Shown here: one piece after another, positions 39,633 to 48,672 of the stretch
Layout: every line of letters begins with the position of its first letter
How positions within the stretch are numbered: position 1 is the first letter of the stretch
Source of the DNA: an uncultured Oscillibacter sp.
GTDB taxonomy: Bacteria; Bacillota; Clostridia; Oscillospirales; Oscillospiraceae
Assembly (NCBI GenBank): GCA_900544615.1
Contig: UQVS01000001.1
Span: 22,998-86,997 of the forward strand
Reading direction: 5' to 3'
Length of the DNA stretch: 64,000 bases
Made by a program: the position numbers and the translations under genes
Notes under the pieces: generated by a model
Told to the model about the DNA's origin: nothing
Databases searched by the model: none
What the model saw: the letters and a program-made list of their open reading frames with translations, nothing else

Positions 39633-39708
39633 GGGGGCGTAGCTCAGCTGGGAGAGCGTACGGTTCGCATCCGTAAGGTCGAGAGTTCGATCCTCTTCGT
39701 CTCCACCA
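39633..39708 (+). tRNA. tRNA-Ala (anticodon CGC), 76 nt with encoded CCA
   Basis: Cloverleaf folded by hand: acceptor GGGGGCG/CGTCTCC with the G3:U70 Ala identity pair, D-arm GCTC-AGCTGGGA-GAGC, anticodon loop TTCGCAT (C34 G35 C36), T-arm GAGAG-TTCGATC-CTCTT, A73 and CCA. Confidence 0.85.
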
Positions 39709-39748
39709 CGTCGGAGCAAGCTTTATATTGCTTGCTCCGACTTTTTAT
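39709..39748 (+). terminator. terminator after tRNA-Ala
   Basis: TCGGAGCAAGC-TTTATATT-GCTTGCTCCGA followed by CTTTTTAT. Confidence 0.8.
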
Positions 39749-39871
39749 ACAAAAGTCAGTGTACGCTCATGCCGCTGCTTCTTCTTTCCAAACCACAACC
39801 TCTGTGCCAAGTACTTTGAGCGTAGCCCTGAAAGCAGCGGCGTCTGTCACTGTTGCGGCGTTACAAACAGA

Positions 39872-39904
39872 ACTGCCACCCTGATGGGTGGCAGTTTTTA
39901 TTTT
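39872..39904 (+). terminator. second intrinsic terminator ~120 nt downstream of the tRNA terminator
   Basis: ACTGCCACCC-TGAT-GGGTGGCAGT followed by TTTTATTTT. Confidence 0.75.
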
Positions 39905-40050
39905 GTGCGCTTCGGCCCGCTGTGCGAACCGCCCGCCTGCGGCGTTTTGCCTCCGTCCAGCTTTCGTCCGCTTTGAAATACGTCCCGGAATTAGGTTTCA
40001 ATTTTCCCCCGCTTTATGGTATACTATTGTCAATCTGACAGGAGGTGCCT

Positions 40051-41268
40051 ATGAAACGAATTTTGGCCGTGGTTTTGGCGGCGCTGACACTATTCTCTCT
40101 GACAGAATGCGGGCAAACACCACCGAAACCGGTGACGCCGGATCAGCAGGTGGAACCCGCGCCCACTGTGCCTCAGGAGCCGGTACTGACGCCGGAGGAA
40201 CAGGCAGAGCAGGAGCGGCTGGCGGCGGAACAGGCCCGCGAGAAACGTCTGCAAACCCTGCTGGACTCCATGACGCTGGAAGAAAAGGTGGGGCAGCTGT
40301 TTTTCGTCCGCTGCCCGGAAACCAATGCCGTAGAGGACATTTCCACCTATCATTTAGGGGGCTATCTGCTGTTCAGCCGGGATTTCAAGGACGGAGACAA
40401 CTGGCTGACAAAGGAACAGTTTCTTGAAAAAATTCAGAGCTATCAGGACGCGGCGGAGATTCCCCTTTTCATCGGCAGCGACGAGGAGGGCGGCACCGTG
40501 ACCCGTGCCAGCCGGAACCCCAACCTCTTCTCTGAAACCTTCAAATCTCCTCAGAAGCTGAACTACATCGGCGGCATTGAAGAAATTCTCCGGGATACGG
40601 ACACCCGAAGCCGGGAACTGCGGGCACTGGGGATCAACGTGAATTTCGCGCCGGTGTGCGACGTGTCCACCGACCCTAAGGATTTCATCTATGACCGGAC
40701 GCTGGGGCAGGACGCAAACATGACGGCGGATTATGTGAGGCTGGTGGTGCCGGCCATGACGGAGGGCGGCACGCTGCCGGTGCTGAAGCACTTCCCCGGC
40801 TACGGAAATAATGTGGATACCCACACCGGCATCGCCGTGGATCAGCGGCCCATGGAGACCTTCGAGAACTCCGACCTGCTGCCCTTTCAGGCGGGGATTG
40901 ATGCGGGCGCGCCCTTTGTGCTGGTGAGCCATAACATCGTAACCTGCATGGATGCCGATCTCCCCGCATCTCTGTCTCCCGCTGTCCACAGGGTTCTGCG
41001 GGAAACGTGCGGCTTTGAGGGCATTGCCATCACCGACGATCTGGCTATGGACGCCGTACAGGCCTATGCCAAGAACGGCGCTGTGGCGGTAATGGCCCTT
41101 CAGGCCGGAAATGACATGATCATCACCACCGATTATCGCACCCAGATCCCCGCTGTCATCGCGGCGGTTCAGGACGGCACGCTGGATGAGAGCGTCATCG
41201 ATGACGCATGTCTCCGGGTACTGCGGTGCAAGGACACCTTTTTGAGAATCCCCGAAAACAATCCCTGA
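40051..41268 (+). CDS. GH3-family beta-N-acetylhexosaminidase-like lipoprotein (NagZ-like)
   Basis: Lipobox LTLFSLTEC, then a GH3 domain with KHFPGYG and FVLVSHNIV and a catalytic-region D. ATG is 2 codons inside the track ORF, with RBS GGAGG. Confidence 0.78.
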   Translation: MKRILAVVLAALTLFSLTECGQTPPKPVTPDQQVEPAPTVPQEPVLTPEEQAEQERLAAEQAREKRLQTLLDSMTLEEKVGQLFFVRCPETNAVEDISTYHLGGYLLFSRDFKDGDNWLTKEQFLEKIQSYQDAAEIPLFIGSDEEGGTVTRASRNPNLFSETFKSPQKLNYIGGIEEILRDTDTRSRELRALGINVNFAPVCDVSTDPKDFIYDRTLGQDANMTADYVRLVVPAMTEGGTLPVLKHFPGYGNNVDTHTGIAVDQRPMETFENSDLLPFQAGIDAGAPFVLVSHNIVTCMDADLPASLSPAVHRVLRETCGFEGIAITDDLAMDAVQAYAKNGAVAVMALQAGNDMIITTDYRTQIPAVIAAVQDGTLDESVIDDACLRVLRCKDTFLRIPENNP

Positions 41269-41397
41269 TTGGATATTCCATGAAAACAGCCTGATTTGCT
41301 GCATTTTTTTGAAAATGTGCAACCAAAACGCCACTTTTTTCGTCTTTCCTTGTGAACAGCTATTGGAAAGACCGGTCTATGGGAAAGGAGCATTTCT

Positions 41398-42312
41398 ATG
41401 AAAAAGTCTCTGCGTTTTTGCGCTTTGCTGGCTTTAGCCGCCGCATTGCTGACGGTCTCTGCCTTTGCGGACACGGGGCCGAAGGCGCAGTTAAAGGTGC
41501 TGGTGAAAAATGCCCCGGAGGAGCCATACTACCTCGATCTTTTGGAAAAAGGGGATTATCAGGGGCACACCTATGGCTCCGGAGACGGGGATGACACATA
41601 CAGCGGGCTGGATTGGAGCTACTCCGAGGAGGAGATCGCTGCACTGGACAGCGAGCTGCTGGACGCGCTGCGGGCGGCGGTGCCGGAGGGCTGGCACGCC
41701 TGCACCGCGCAGGGCACCAACGGTGCGCCCATGTGGGGCGACCTGATCGGCAGCGACGCAGGCGGGGTGCGGCTCCATTCCTTCCGTTACCATGGCGTAC
41801 CGGATACGTATCGGATCATTCTCGTAACAAAAAGCGGCGAAAGCTGGGTATCCGGAGTCCTGCACCGGGCAACGCTGCAATCCAGTGCGACGGTGGACTG
41901 GGCGGCAAGGACTGCCAACGCGCCCAGTCCGGCCATGGCCTATGCGCTGCAATTCCTGTGCACCCTCCTCCCTACCCTGCTGATCGAGGGGCTTTTGCTG
42001 TTTGTCTTCGGCTACCGGAGCAAGAGAAGCTGGCTGGTATTTCTGCTGGTGAATCTGGTGACACAGGGCGGCTTCGCCGTCTATCTCGCCGTAACGGTGT
42101 TGAATCACGGTGTAAGCGGCTGGTCTTTGATCTTCTATATTCCCATTGAGGTCATCATCACACTGGTCGAATTGCTGCTGTACCGCCGTCTGCTGACGGA
42201 AAAAAACAAGGCGCGAGCCGCCGTGTACGCCATCGCTGCCAACCTCTGCTCGGCCGTGTTTGGGCTCTGGCTCATTGACCCGCTGTGGCATTTTATCGTG
42301 TCGATCTCTTAA
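41398..42312 (+). CDS. hypothetical secreted protein with C-terminal 4-TM membrane domain
   Basis: Signal peptide MKKSLRFCALLALAAALLTVSAFA, a ~170-aa extracytoplasmic domain and four predicted TM helices. RBS AAGGAG. Confidence 0.55.
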   Translation: MKKSLRFCALLALAAALLTVSAFADTGPKAQLKVLVKNAPEEPYYLDLLEKGDYQGHTYGSGDGDDTYSGLDWSYSEEEIAALDSELLDALRAAVPEGWHACTAQGTNGAPMWGDLIGSDAGGVRLHSFRYHGVPDTYRIILVTKSGESWVSGVLHRATLQSSATVDWAARTANAPSPAMAYALQFLCTLLPTLLIEGLLLFVFGYRSKRSWLVFLLVNLVTQGGFAVYLAVTVLNHGVSGWSLIFYIPIEVIITLVELLLYRRLLTEKNKARAAVYAIAANLCSAVFGLWLIDPLWHFIVSIS

Positions 42313-42332
42313 AAATGAAAGGAATGTTCCCC

Positions 42333-43484
42333 ATGGAAACTGAAAAGCTATACTACGCGGACCCGTTTTTGACGGACTTTACCGCCACGGTGCTGGACTG
42401 CCAGGCGGGAAAAAACGGCTATACAGTCACGCTGGACCGCACTGCCTTTTACCCGGAGGGCGGCGGACAGCCTGCCGACCACGGCACGCTGGACGATGCG
42501 GCGGTGACGGACGTCCATGAAAAAAACGGCGTGATTTTCCACAATGTGGATCGCGCCGTGGAAATTGGGAAAACTGTCTCTGGCTCCATCGACTGGGCGC
42601 AGCGGTTTGACCATATGCAGCAGCACTCCGGCGAGCATATCTGCTCAGGGCTGATCTGCGGCCAGTATGGCTGCGACAATGTGGGCTTCCACATGGGAAC
42701 GGACATCGTGACCATCGACTTCAACGCCGACATTCCTTGGGAAGAGCTGCTGGAGATTGAAGGGCAGGCCAACCGCTACATTCAGGAGGATCACCCCATC
42801 GACATTCAGTTCCACCGGGGCGCGGAGCTGGACGCTATCGACTACCGCAGCAAAAAGCCGCTGGAGGGGGATGTACGGATTGTGGTCTTCCCCGGCGCGG
42901 ACTGCTGCGCCTGCTGCGGCACCCATGTGCTGCGGAGCGGGCAGGTGGGGTTGGTAAAGTTCCTGTCCGTGCAGAAATTCCGGGAGGGCGTGCGGATTGA
43001 GCTGCTGTGCGGGCAGCGGGCGCTGGATTACCTGTCCCGGACGTGGGAGCAGGCCAAAACCATCGGTCAGCATCTCAGCGTGAAGCCGGTGGACGCGGCG
43101 GCCGCTGTAGAGCGGCTGGAGGGTGAGCTGTCCGCCCTGAAAATGCGGTGTGCCGGTCTGGAGGAGGCGGTCTTTGCGGGGATCGCGGCGGAGCAGGCAG
43201 GGAAGGGGAACGTGCTGCTGTTCCAGCCCCCCATGAAGCCTGACAGCGTTCGGAAGCTGGCGGACGCCGTATCAAAGGCCTGCGGCGGTCTGGCGGCAGT
43301 GTTTGCCGGAGAAGGCTCCCATTATGCCTACGCTCTGGGCCGCGCCGATGGGCAGGACATCAGCGCCGCGGTAAAGGCGCTGAACGGTGCCCTCCATGGC
43401 CGGGGCGGCGGCCGGAACGGCTTTGCTCAGGGCAGCGTGGAAGCGGCGCAGAGCGCCATTGAAGCTTTTTTCAAGGAGGTCTGA
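42333..43484 (+). CDS. AlaX-L-like alanyl-tRNA editing protein (AlaRS editing/second-additional-domain homolog)
   Basis: N-terminal beta-barrel, an editing domain with HSGEHICSG and CGTHV zinc motifs, and a C-terminal extension. Start at METEK. Confidence 0.75.
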   Translation: METEKLYYADPFLTDFTATVLDCQAGKNGYTVTLDRTAFYPEGGGQPADHGTLDDAAVTDVHEKNGVIFHNVDRAVEIGKTVSGSIDWAQRFDHMQQHSGEHICSGLICGQYGCDNVGFHMGTDIVTIDFNADIPWEELLEIEGQANRYIQEDHPIDIQFHRGAELDAIDYRSKKPLEGDVRIVVFPGADCCACCGTHVLRSGQVGLVKFLSVQKFREGVRIELLCGQRALDYLSRTWEQAKTIGQHLSVKPVDAAAAVERLEGELSALKMRCAGLEEAVFAGIAAEQAGKGNVLLFQPPMKPDSVRKLADAVSKACGGLAAVFAGEGSHYAYALGRADGQDISAAVKALNGALHGRGGGRNGFAQGSVEAAQSAIEAFFKEV

Positions 43485-43486
43485 CC

Positions 43487-43795
43487 ATGGAATATATTGT
43501 CAAGGAACTGCATCTGCCGGAGGAGGACGACGAGCCGAATTTTGTCTATTCCGAGCTGGACAGCGGACGGCTGGAAACCCGGCGGGTGGAATTCTATCCC
43601 AACGGCATCTGCTTCGCCTACGGCGGCGATATGGGACATGAGGAAGTGCTGAACCCGGAACCGTTCCCGGAAAATCTGCGGGAGCTGAACCGCCCCGGCG
43701 AGGTGGAAGTCCGCAGTATCCCCCGCCAAATGTTCGTTGAGGTGTGGACGCAGGCCCAGGAGCGGCCCGACGGCTTTATGGGGATGTTCTTTTAA
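43487..43795 (+). CDS. hypothetical 102-aa acidic cytoplasmic protein
   Basis: RBS GGAGG 7 nt before the ATG. Start abuts the stop of the AlaX-like gene 3 nt upstream. Confidence 0.5.
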   Translation: MEYIVKELHLPEEDDEPNFVYSELDSGRLETRRVEFYPNGICFAYGGDMGHEEVLNPEPFPENLRELNRPGEVEVRSIPRQMFVEVWTQAQERPDGFMGMFF

Positions 43796-43889
43796 GGCTG
43801 TTCCCGGAGGAAAACGCCTTTTCCGAAGAAGAGGTGCTTTCCGGCACTGCGGAATCAGGCAAATCGGAATTTGGAGGGAGAGCAGGTAT

Positions 43890-44192
43890 ATGAACGTCTT
43901 GCTATATTTAGGTATATTTTGGACGATCTATGGCCTTGCTGGATTATTAGGTTGGCAACGCATAAACAATAAATACAAGGGATACGATTGGACAAAGAAG
44001 TATATTAGATGTCTTGGTATATCATGGTTGATGCTTGGAATCCCATGTCTTATTTTTTCAAGACTATATGAGGCAGGCTACAATACAAGGAGTATGTTTG
44101 TATTGATGTGTTTTTGTATGTTGCCATCGCTTATTTTCACAATAGTAGTTGAAAAAAAGTTTAATGCTAAAATCAAAGACACGCAGAGATAA
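43890..44192 (+). CDS. low-GC small (100 aa) 3-TM membrane protein, probably horizontally acquired
   Basis: The internal ATG of the track ORF is preceded by GGAGGGAG. GC content drops sharply, by eye from the ~60% surroundings to roughly the mid-30s. Three hydrophobic helices. Confidence 0.55.
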   Translation: MNVLLYLGIFWTIYGLAGLLGWQRINNKYKGYDWTKKYIRCLGISWLMLGIPCLIFSRLYEAGYNTRSMFVLMCFCMLPSLIFTIVVEKKFNAKIKDTQR

Positions 44193-44291
44193 ATTTCAGT
44201 TTGTAGAACTGCCGAAACTCCGGAGCAAAAATGGTTTCCATTTGTTCTGCCTCGTTCTGCAGTCTGCCGACCAGCGAAGCAAATATGCAAA

Positions 44292-44334
44292 ACTTCTCCG
44301 TATAGCTTGCCATACGGAGAAGTTTCTGCTTTAT
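44292..44334. terminator. bidirectional terminator
   Basis: CTTCTCCGTAT-AGCTTGCC-ATACGGAGAAG followed by TTTCTGCTTT. Confidence 0.75.
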
Positions 44335-44364
44335 GTACGGAACTGAGAGCTTTGTACCCGGAGG

Positions 44365-45801
44365 TTACACCACCGCGAAGAACTTGATGAGGAACAGGAT
44401 GGAGATGACATAGGTCAGCACGCTGACCTCCTTGCCCTTGCCGGAGAACAGCTTGATGACGGTGTAGGAGATCATGCCAAGGCCGATGGCGTGGCCAATG
44501 GAGCCGGAGATAGGCATACCAATCAGCATCAGCGCCACGGGAACCATTTGATCCATGTCGCCGAAGTCCACGTTCTTCAGACCCTGAAGCATCAGGATGC
44601 CCACATAGATCAGCGCGGCAGAGGTGGCTGCGGCGGGGATAATGGCGGCAATGGGGGCAATGAAGATGCAGGCAAGGAACAGGATGCCGGTGGTCAGGGC
44701 GGTCAGGCCGGTGCGGCCGCCGGCCTCCACGCCGGAAGCGGACTCGATAAAGGTGGTCACGGTGGAGGTGCCTGTGCAGGCGCCCACAACGGTACCCACC
44801 GCGTCGGACAGCAGGGCTTCCTTCATGTTGGGCATCTCGCCCTTTTCATTCACCATGCCCGCGCGGGAGGCGGTGCCTACCAGCGTGCCGATGGTATCGA
44901 ACATATCGATCATGCAGAAGGTCAGGATCAGGGTGATGGCGGTAAACCAGCCCAGCTGGAAGAATCCGGCAAAGTCGAACTTGAAGAAGGTCAGGTTCAT
45001 CATGTCGGCGAACGGCGGGACAAAGGAAGCGCCGGACAGGGACGCGAAGGGATTCACGCCCATGAAGATGGCCTCGCCGGCCCAGTAGATCACGGACGCC
45101 ACCAGCATTCCCAGCAGCACGGCGGCCTTGACGCCCTTCTTGGCCAGAAGGATGATGACAAACAGGCCGATGAAGGCGGTGGCCACCGTCAGCACCATCT
45201 GGGTATAGCCCTCAGCGCCCATATAATCCCGGATAACGGAGGGGGTCAGTGCGCCGAAAAAGTCCCGCATCATGAAGAAGGGGGTGGTAAAATCGTTGCC
45301 GGCGGCGTAAACGCCCACGTTGGAGCCAAGGCCGATATTCATCAGCATCAGTCCGATGGCGGGGGCAATGCCGTACCGCACGCCCAGAGGGATGGCCTCC
45401 ACGATTTTTTCCCGGATATTCAGAATGGAGAGGATGAAAAAGATAATGCCCTCAATGAGAATGATGACCAGCGCGGACTGGAAGGACTCCACATAGGTCA
45501 TGCCGGTAAGACCGGCAATGTTGGCCACCACCACGGCGAAAAAGCTGTTCAGGCCCATGCCGGGAGCCATAGCAAAGGGTTTATTGGCCAGAAACGCCAT
45601 GCAGAAAATGCCGATGGCCGAAGCGATGCAGGTGGCCATGAATACGGCGTTCCAGAGATCCTGCCCGTTGGCGCCGAAGCCCGTCAGCAGGTTGGGGTTC
45701 AGAGCGATGATGTAGGCCATGGTCATAAATGTGGTCAGGCCCGCCAGAATCTCTGTTCGGACAGTGGTTCCGTTCTCCTTCAGCTTGAAAAATTTTTCCA
45801 T
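44365..45801 (-). CDS. NCS2-family nucleobase:cation symporter (AzgA-like purine/hypoxanthine-guanine permease)
   Basis: About 12 TM helices with NCS2 motifs. Start at MEKFFKLKENGTTVRTE (RBS AAGGAAGGGAG). Promoter TTGCAA-17-TATAGT at ~45884-45857. Confidence 0.8.
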   Translation of the reverse strand: MEKFFKLKENGTTVRTEILAGLTTFMTMAYIIALNPNLLTGFGANGQDLWNAVFMATCIASAIGIFCMAFLANKPFAMAPGMGLNSFFAVVVANIAGLTGMTYVESFQSALVIILIEGIIFFILSILNIREKIVEAIPLGVRYGIAPAIGLMLMNIGLGSNVGVYAAGNDFTTPFFMMRDFFGALTPSVIRDYMGAEGYTQMVLTVATAFIGLFVIILLAKKGVKAAVLLGMLVASVIYWAGEAIFMGVNPFASLSGASFVPPFADMMNLTFFKFDFAGFFQLGWFTAITLILTFCMIDMFDTIGTLVGTASRAGMVNEKGEMPNMKEALLSDAVGTVVGACTGTSTVTTFIESASGVEAGGRTGLTALTTGILFLACIFIAPIAAIIPAAATSAALIYVGILMLQGLKNVDFGDMDQMVPVALMLIGMPISGSIGHAIGLGMISYTVIKLFSGKGKEVSVLTYVISILFLIKFFAVV

Positions 45802-45981
45802 GTTTTTCTCCCTTCCTTTTTTCAACACAGATTTTGCAGAGACAGCGACCTTTCAACTATATAAAATTTTAACATAAATTGCAACGCATGACTATCTCTG
45901 AGTTTTGCCGAAAAAATAGGTAGATCTTTGGGAAAAGACACAAATGACCCGGTTTTTTCGGTCGCAGGCAGTTCCGCGTCC

Positions 45982-46653
45982 TTATGCCAGCTTTTCCCCC
46001 ATCGCCTGCCGGATGCGGACATCCCGCCGCTGCCAGAGCAGGGCAAGGGCCGCCGGGATCAGAGCGCCCAGAATCGTCCAGTGTCCAAGGCCCAGCCACC
46101 ACAGGATACAGACGGCGACAGCCCCGCCGTGGAAGGACAGGAGCGTTCCGCCGTAAAGGTGCATCCGGGGGGTGTGATCCGCATCCCGGTTCAGATGCAC
46201 CTGCACCCACGCATCCACAAACTGGCGGAGATTGTTGGTGGAAAAAATGGTGGAGCAGGGATAGCCGTGCTTGCTGGCAAAGGTAGCCCACTGAAAGGCC
46301 ATGGCAAACAGGCTGAAATAAACGGCGTATTCCCGATCCGCCGGGATCAGGCTCAGGATCGCCGCAGCCGCCATATCAATAAGAATGGCCCAGCGCCGCA
46401 GATCGCTGTGCGTCCGCCTGGGCAGCCATGCCGTCAGGAAAATAGCGGCAATATAGACCAGGATTCCCCCCAGCCGCAGCAGTGCCAGCAGCCAGTTTTC
46501 CTGCGCCGCGCCGGTCAGCATTTCCAGCAGATTCACGGTGGCCGCCGAGGCAAAATGCCCGAACCGCAGCACCATATACGCGCCGAACCAGCCGCCGATC
46601 ACCGCCATGCAGAAATGCAGCCGCTGTTTTGATTGTTCCAACTGTTCTTCCAT
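45982..46653 (-). CDS. YoaK-family (DUF1275) membrane protein
   Basis: 223 aa and polytopic, with a YoaK-like pattern. Confidence 0.65.
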   Translation of the reverse strand: MEEQLEQSKQRLHFCMAVIGGWFGAYMVLRFGHFASAATVNLLEMLTGAAQENWLLALLRLGGILVYIAAIFLTAWLPRRTHSDLRRWAILIDMAAAAILSLIPADREYAVYFSLFAMAFQWATFASKHGYPCSTIFSTNNLRQFVDAWVQVHLNRDADHTPRMHLYGGTLLSFHGGAVAVCILWWLGLGHWTILGALIPAALALLWQRRDVRIRQAMGEKLA

Positions 46654-46718
46654 GATTTCCGTATCCTTTTCGCAAGAGAAGCGGAGAGCCTGACGGCTCT
46701 CCGCCCGATTGATTTGTT

Positions 46719-46783
46719 ATTTTCTCAGAACCTGACCTTCTCGGCAAGGTAGCTCTTTACCTGATCGATAGGAATCCGCACCT
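46719..46783 (-). repeat. second copy (63/65 identical) of the last 63 nt + stop of glyQS, 212 bp downstream of the real 3' end
   Basis: 46719-46783 matches 46931-46995. Between the copies are 148 bp with two strong stem-loops. A further hairpin GCGGAGAGCC-TGAC-GGCTCTCCGC lies at 46683-46706. Confidence 0.8.
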
Positions 46784-46934
46784 GTTTTCCCGCCAAACAG
46801 GTTTGGCGGGAGCCCTTTTATTCTACCTGTGCAGGGTGAAGTGAATCCACCCTGCACCAAGGTTTTTCTTCGCAAAACGCTTGTACGCCGCACTGGCGGC
46901 GATGGTCGCAGGTGCGTTCAGGCCGTTTCTTTTC

Positions 46935-48377
46935 TCAGAACCTGACCTTTTCGGCAAGATAGCTCTTTACCTGATCGATAGGAATCCGCACCTGCTCCAT
47001 GGTGTCGCGCTCCCGGATGGTAACGCAGTGGTCGGCAGGGGTGTTCTCATCACCCACGGTGTTGAAGTCCAGCGTGATGCAGAACGGAGTGCCGATCTCG
47101 TCCTGACGGCGATAGCGCTTGCCGATGGAGCCGGTCTCGTCGTAGTCCACCATGAAGTCCTTGGACAACTCGTTGTACAGCTCCATGGCAGGGCCGGCCA
47201 GAACCTCCTTCTTGCTCAGGGGCAGGATGGCCGCCTTGAAGGGCGCCAGCGCGGGGTGGAAGTGCATGACCACGCGGACATCGTCCTTGCCGTTCTTATC
47301 CTGACCCACGACTTCTTCATCGTAAGCGTCGCACAGGACGGCCAGCACGCTGCGCTCTACGCCCAGAGAAGGCTCGATGACATAGGGGATATACTCCACC
47401 ATATCCTTGCCCTCGCCCTCGCGGTAGACCAGCTTCTGGCCGCTGACGTTGGAGTGCTGGGTCAGGTCGTAGTCGGTACGGTCGGCCACGCCCCACAGCT
47501 CGCCCCAGCCAAAGGGGAACAGGAACTCAAAGTCCGTGGTGGCCTTGGAATAGAAGCACAGCTCCTCAGGATCGTGGTCACGGAGCCGGAGATTCTCATC
47601 CTTCAGGCCGATGGACAGCAGCCAGTTGTGGCAGAAGGTGCGCCAGTAGTTGAACCACTCCAGATCAGTGCCGGGCTTGCAGAAGAATTCCAGCTCCATC
47701 TGCTCGAATTCCCGGACGCGGAAGATGAAGTTGCCCGGCGTGATCTCGTTGCGGAAGGACTTACCGATCTGGCCGATGCCGAAGGGCAGCTTCTTCCGGG
47801 TGGTACGCTGGACGTTGTTGAAGTTCACGAAAATACCCTGAGCCGTTTCAGGACGGAGGTACACCGTGTTCTTGGCATCCTCGGTAACGCCCTGGAAAGT
47901 CTTGAACATCAGGTTGAACTGGCGGATGTCGGTGAAGTTGTGCTTGCCGCAGGTGGGGCAGGGAATGTTGTGCTCTTCGATGAAGTCCTTCATCTCCTGC
48001 TGGGAGAAAGCGTCCACCGCCTTGGGCAGCTCAAACCCCGTCTCAGCGCACCAGTCCTCAATCAGCTTATCGGCCCGGAACCGCTCATGGCACTCCCGGC
48101 AGTCCATCAGAGGATCGGAGAAACCGCTGAGGTGGCCGCTGGCCACCCACGTCTGGGGATTCATGAGGATGGCGGCGTCCAGACCCACGTTGTAGGGGTT
48201 CTCCTGCACGAATTTCTTCCACCATGCGTTCTTGATGTTCTTTTTCAGCTCCGCGCCGAGAGGGCCGTAGTCCCAGGTGTTGGCGAGGCCGCCGTAGATT
48301 TCGCTGCCGGGGAATACAAAGCCCCGGTTTTTGCACAGGGCAACAATTTTGTCCATGGTCTTTTCCGTGTTGTTCAT
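46935..48377 (-). CDS. glyQS: glycine--tRNA ligase (dimeric GlyQS type)
   Basis: [41 protein letters not shown] with class II aaRS motifs. RBS GAAGGAG. Confidence 0.93.
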   Translation of the reverse strand: MNNTEKTMDKIVALCKNRGFVFPGSEIYGGLANTWDYGPLGAELKKNIKNAWWKKFVQENPYNVGLDAAILMNPQTWVASGHLSGFSDPLMDCRECHERFRADKLIEDWCAETGFELPKAVDAFSQQEMKDFIEEHNIPCPTCGKHNFTDIRQFNLMFKTFQGVTEDAKNTVYLRPETAQGIFVNFNNVQRTTRKKLPFGIGQIGKSFRNEITPGNFIFRVREFEQMELEFFCKPGTDLEWFNYWRTFCHNWLLSIGLKDENLRLRDHDPEELCFYSKATTDFEFLFPFGWGELWGVADRTDYDLTQHSNVSGQKLVYREGEGKDMVEYIPYVIEPSLGVERSVLAVLCDAYDEEVVGQDKNGKDDVRVVMHFHPALAPFKAAILPLSKKEVLAGPAMELYNELSKDFMVDYDETGSIGKRYRRQDEIGTPFCITLDFNTVGDENTPADHCVTIRERDTMEQVRIPIDQVKSYLAEKVRF

Positions 48378-48397
48378 GATCCGATCTCCTTCTGTCC

Positions 48398-48672
48398 TGA
48401 AATAGACTTTTTCTGGCTCAGACGCGTCGTATCAAAGCAAAAAAACGCCCTGAGCCGCTTTCCGGCTCAGGGCGAGTTACGCATAACCCGTGGTTCCACC
48501 TGAATTCCCCGTTGGAGGCGGGGCACTTCGTTCCCGATAACGGCGAGGTCCGGCGCAGCATTTCCGCCGCGCAGCTCCAGAGCGCCATCCCGTTTTTCCC
48601 GGAGGAGCTTTCACCGGCCGCTCCCTCTCTGTGCCTTTTGAAAACGGAACTTCTCTGTCACAGCTTTTACTC
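48398..48672 (-). ncRNA. T-box riboswitch leader of glyQS (probable GGC glycine specifier)
   Basis: On the minus strand: promoter TTGACA-17-TACAGT (plus coordinates ~48705-48677), a stem I with an AGAGA GA-motif, the T-box sequence AATTCAGGTGGAACCACGGG (plus 48487-48506), and the terminator GCCCTGAGCCGG-AAAG-CGGCTCAGGGC plus GTTTTTTT (plus 48473-48440). Confidence 0.85.

Noticed and set aside
45802-45930. Purine (guanine/adenine) riboswitch upstream of the NCS2 purine permease
   Set aside because: The 5' UTR from the TTGCAA-17-TATAGT promoter is only ~50 nt. It lacks the conserved GUUUCUACC and CCGUAAAU junction and loop motifs.
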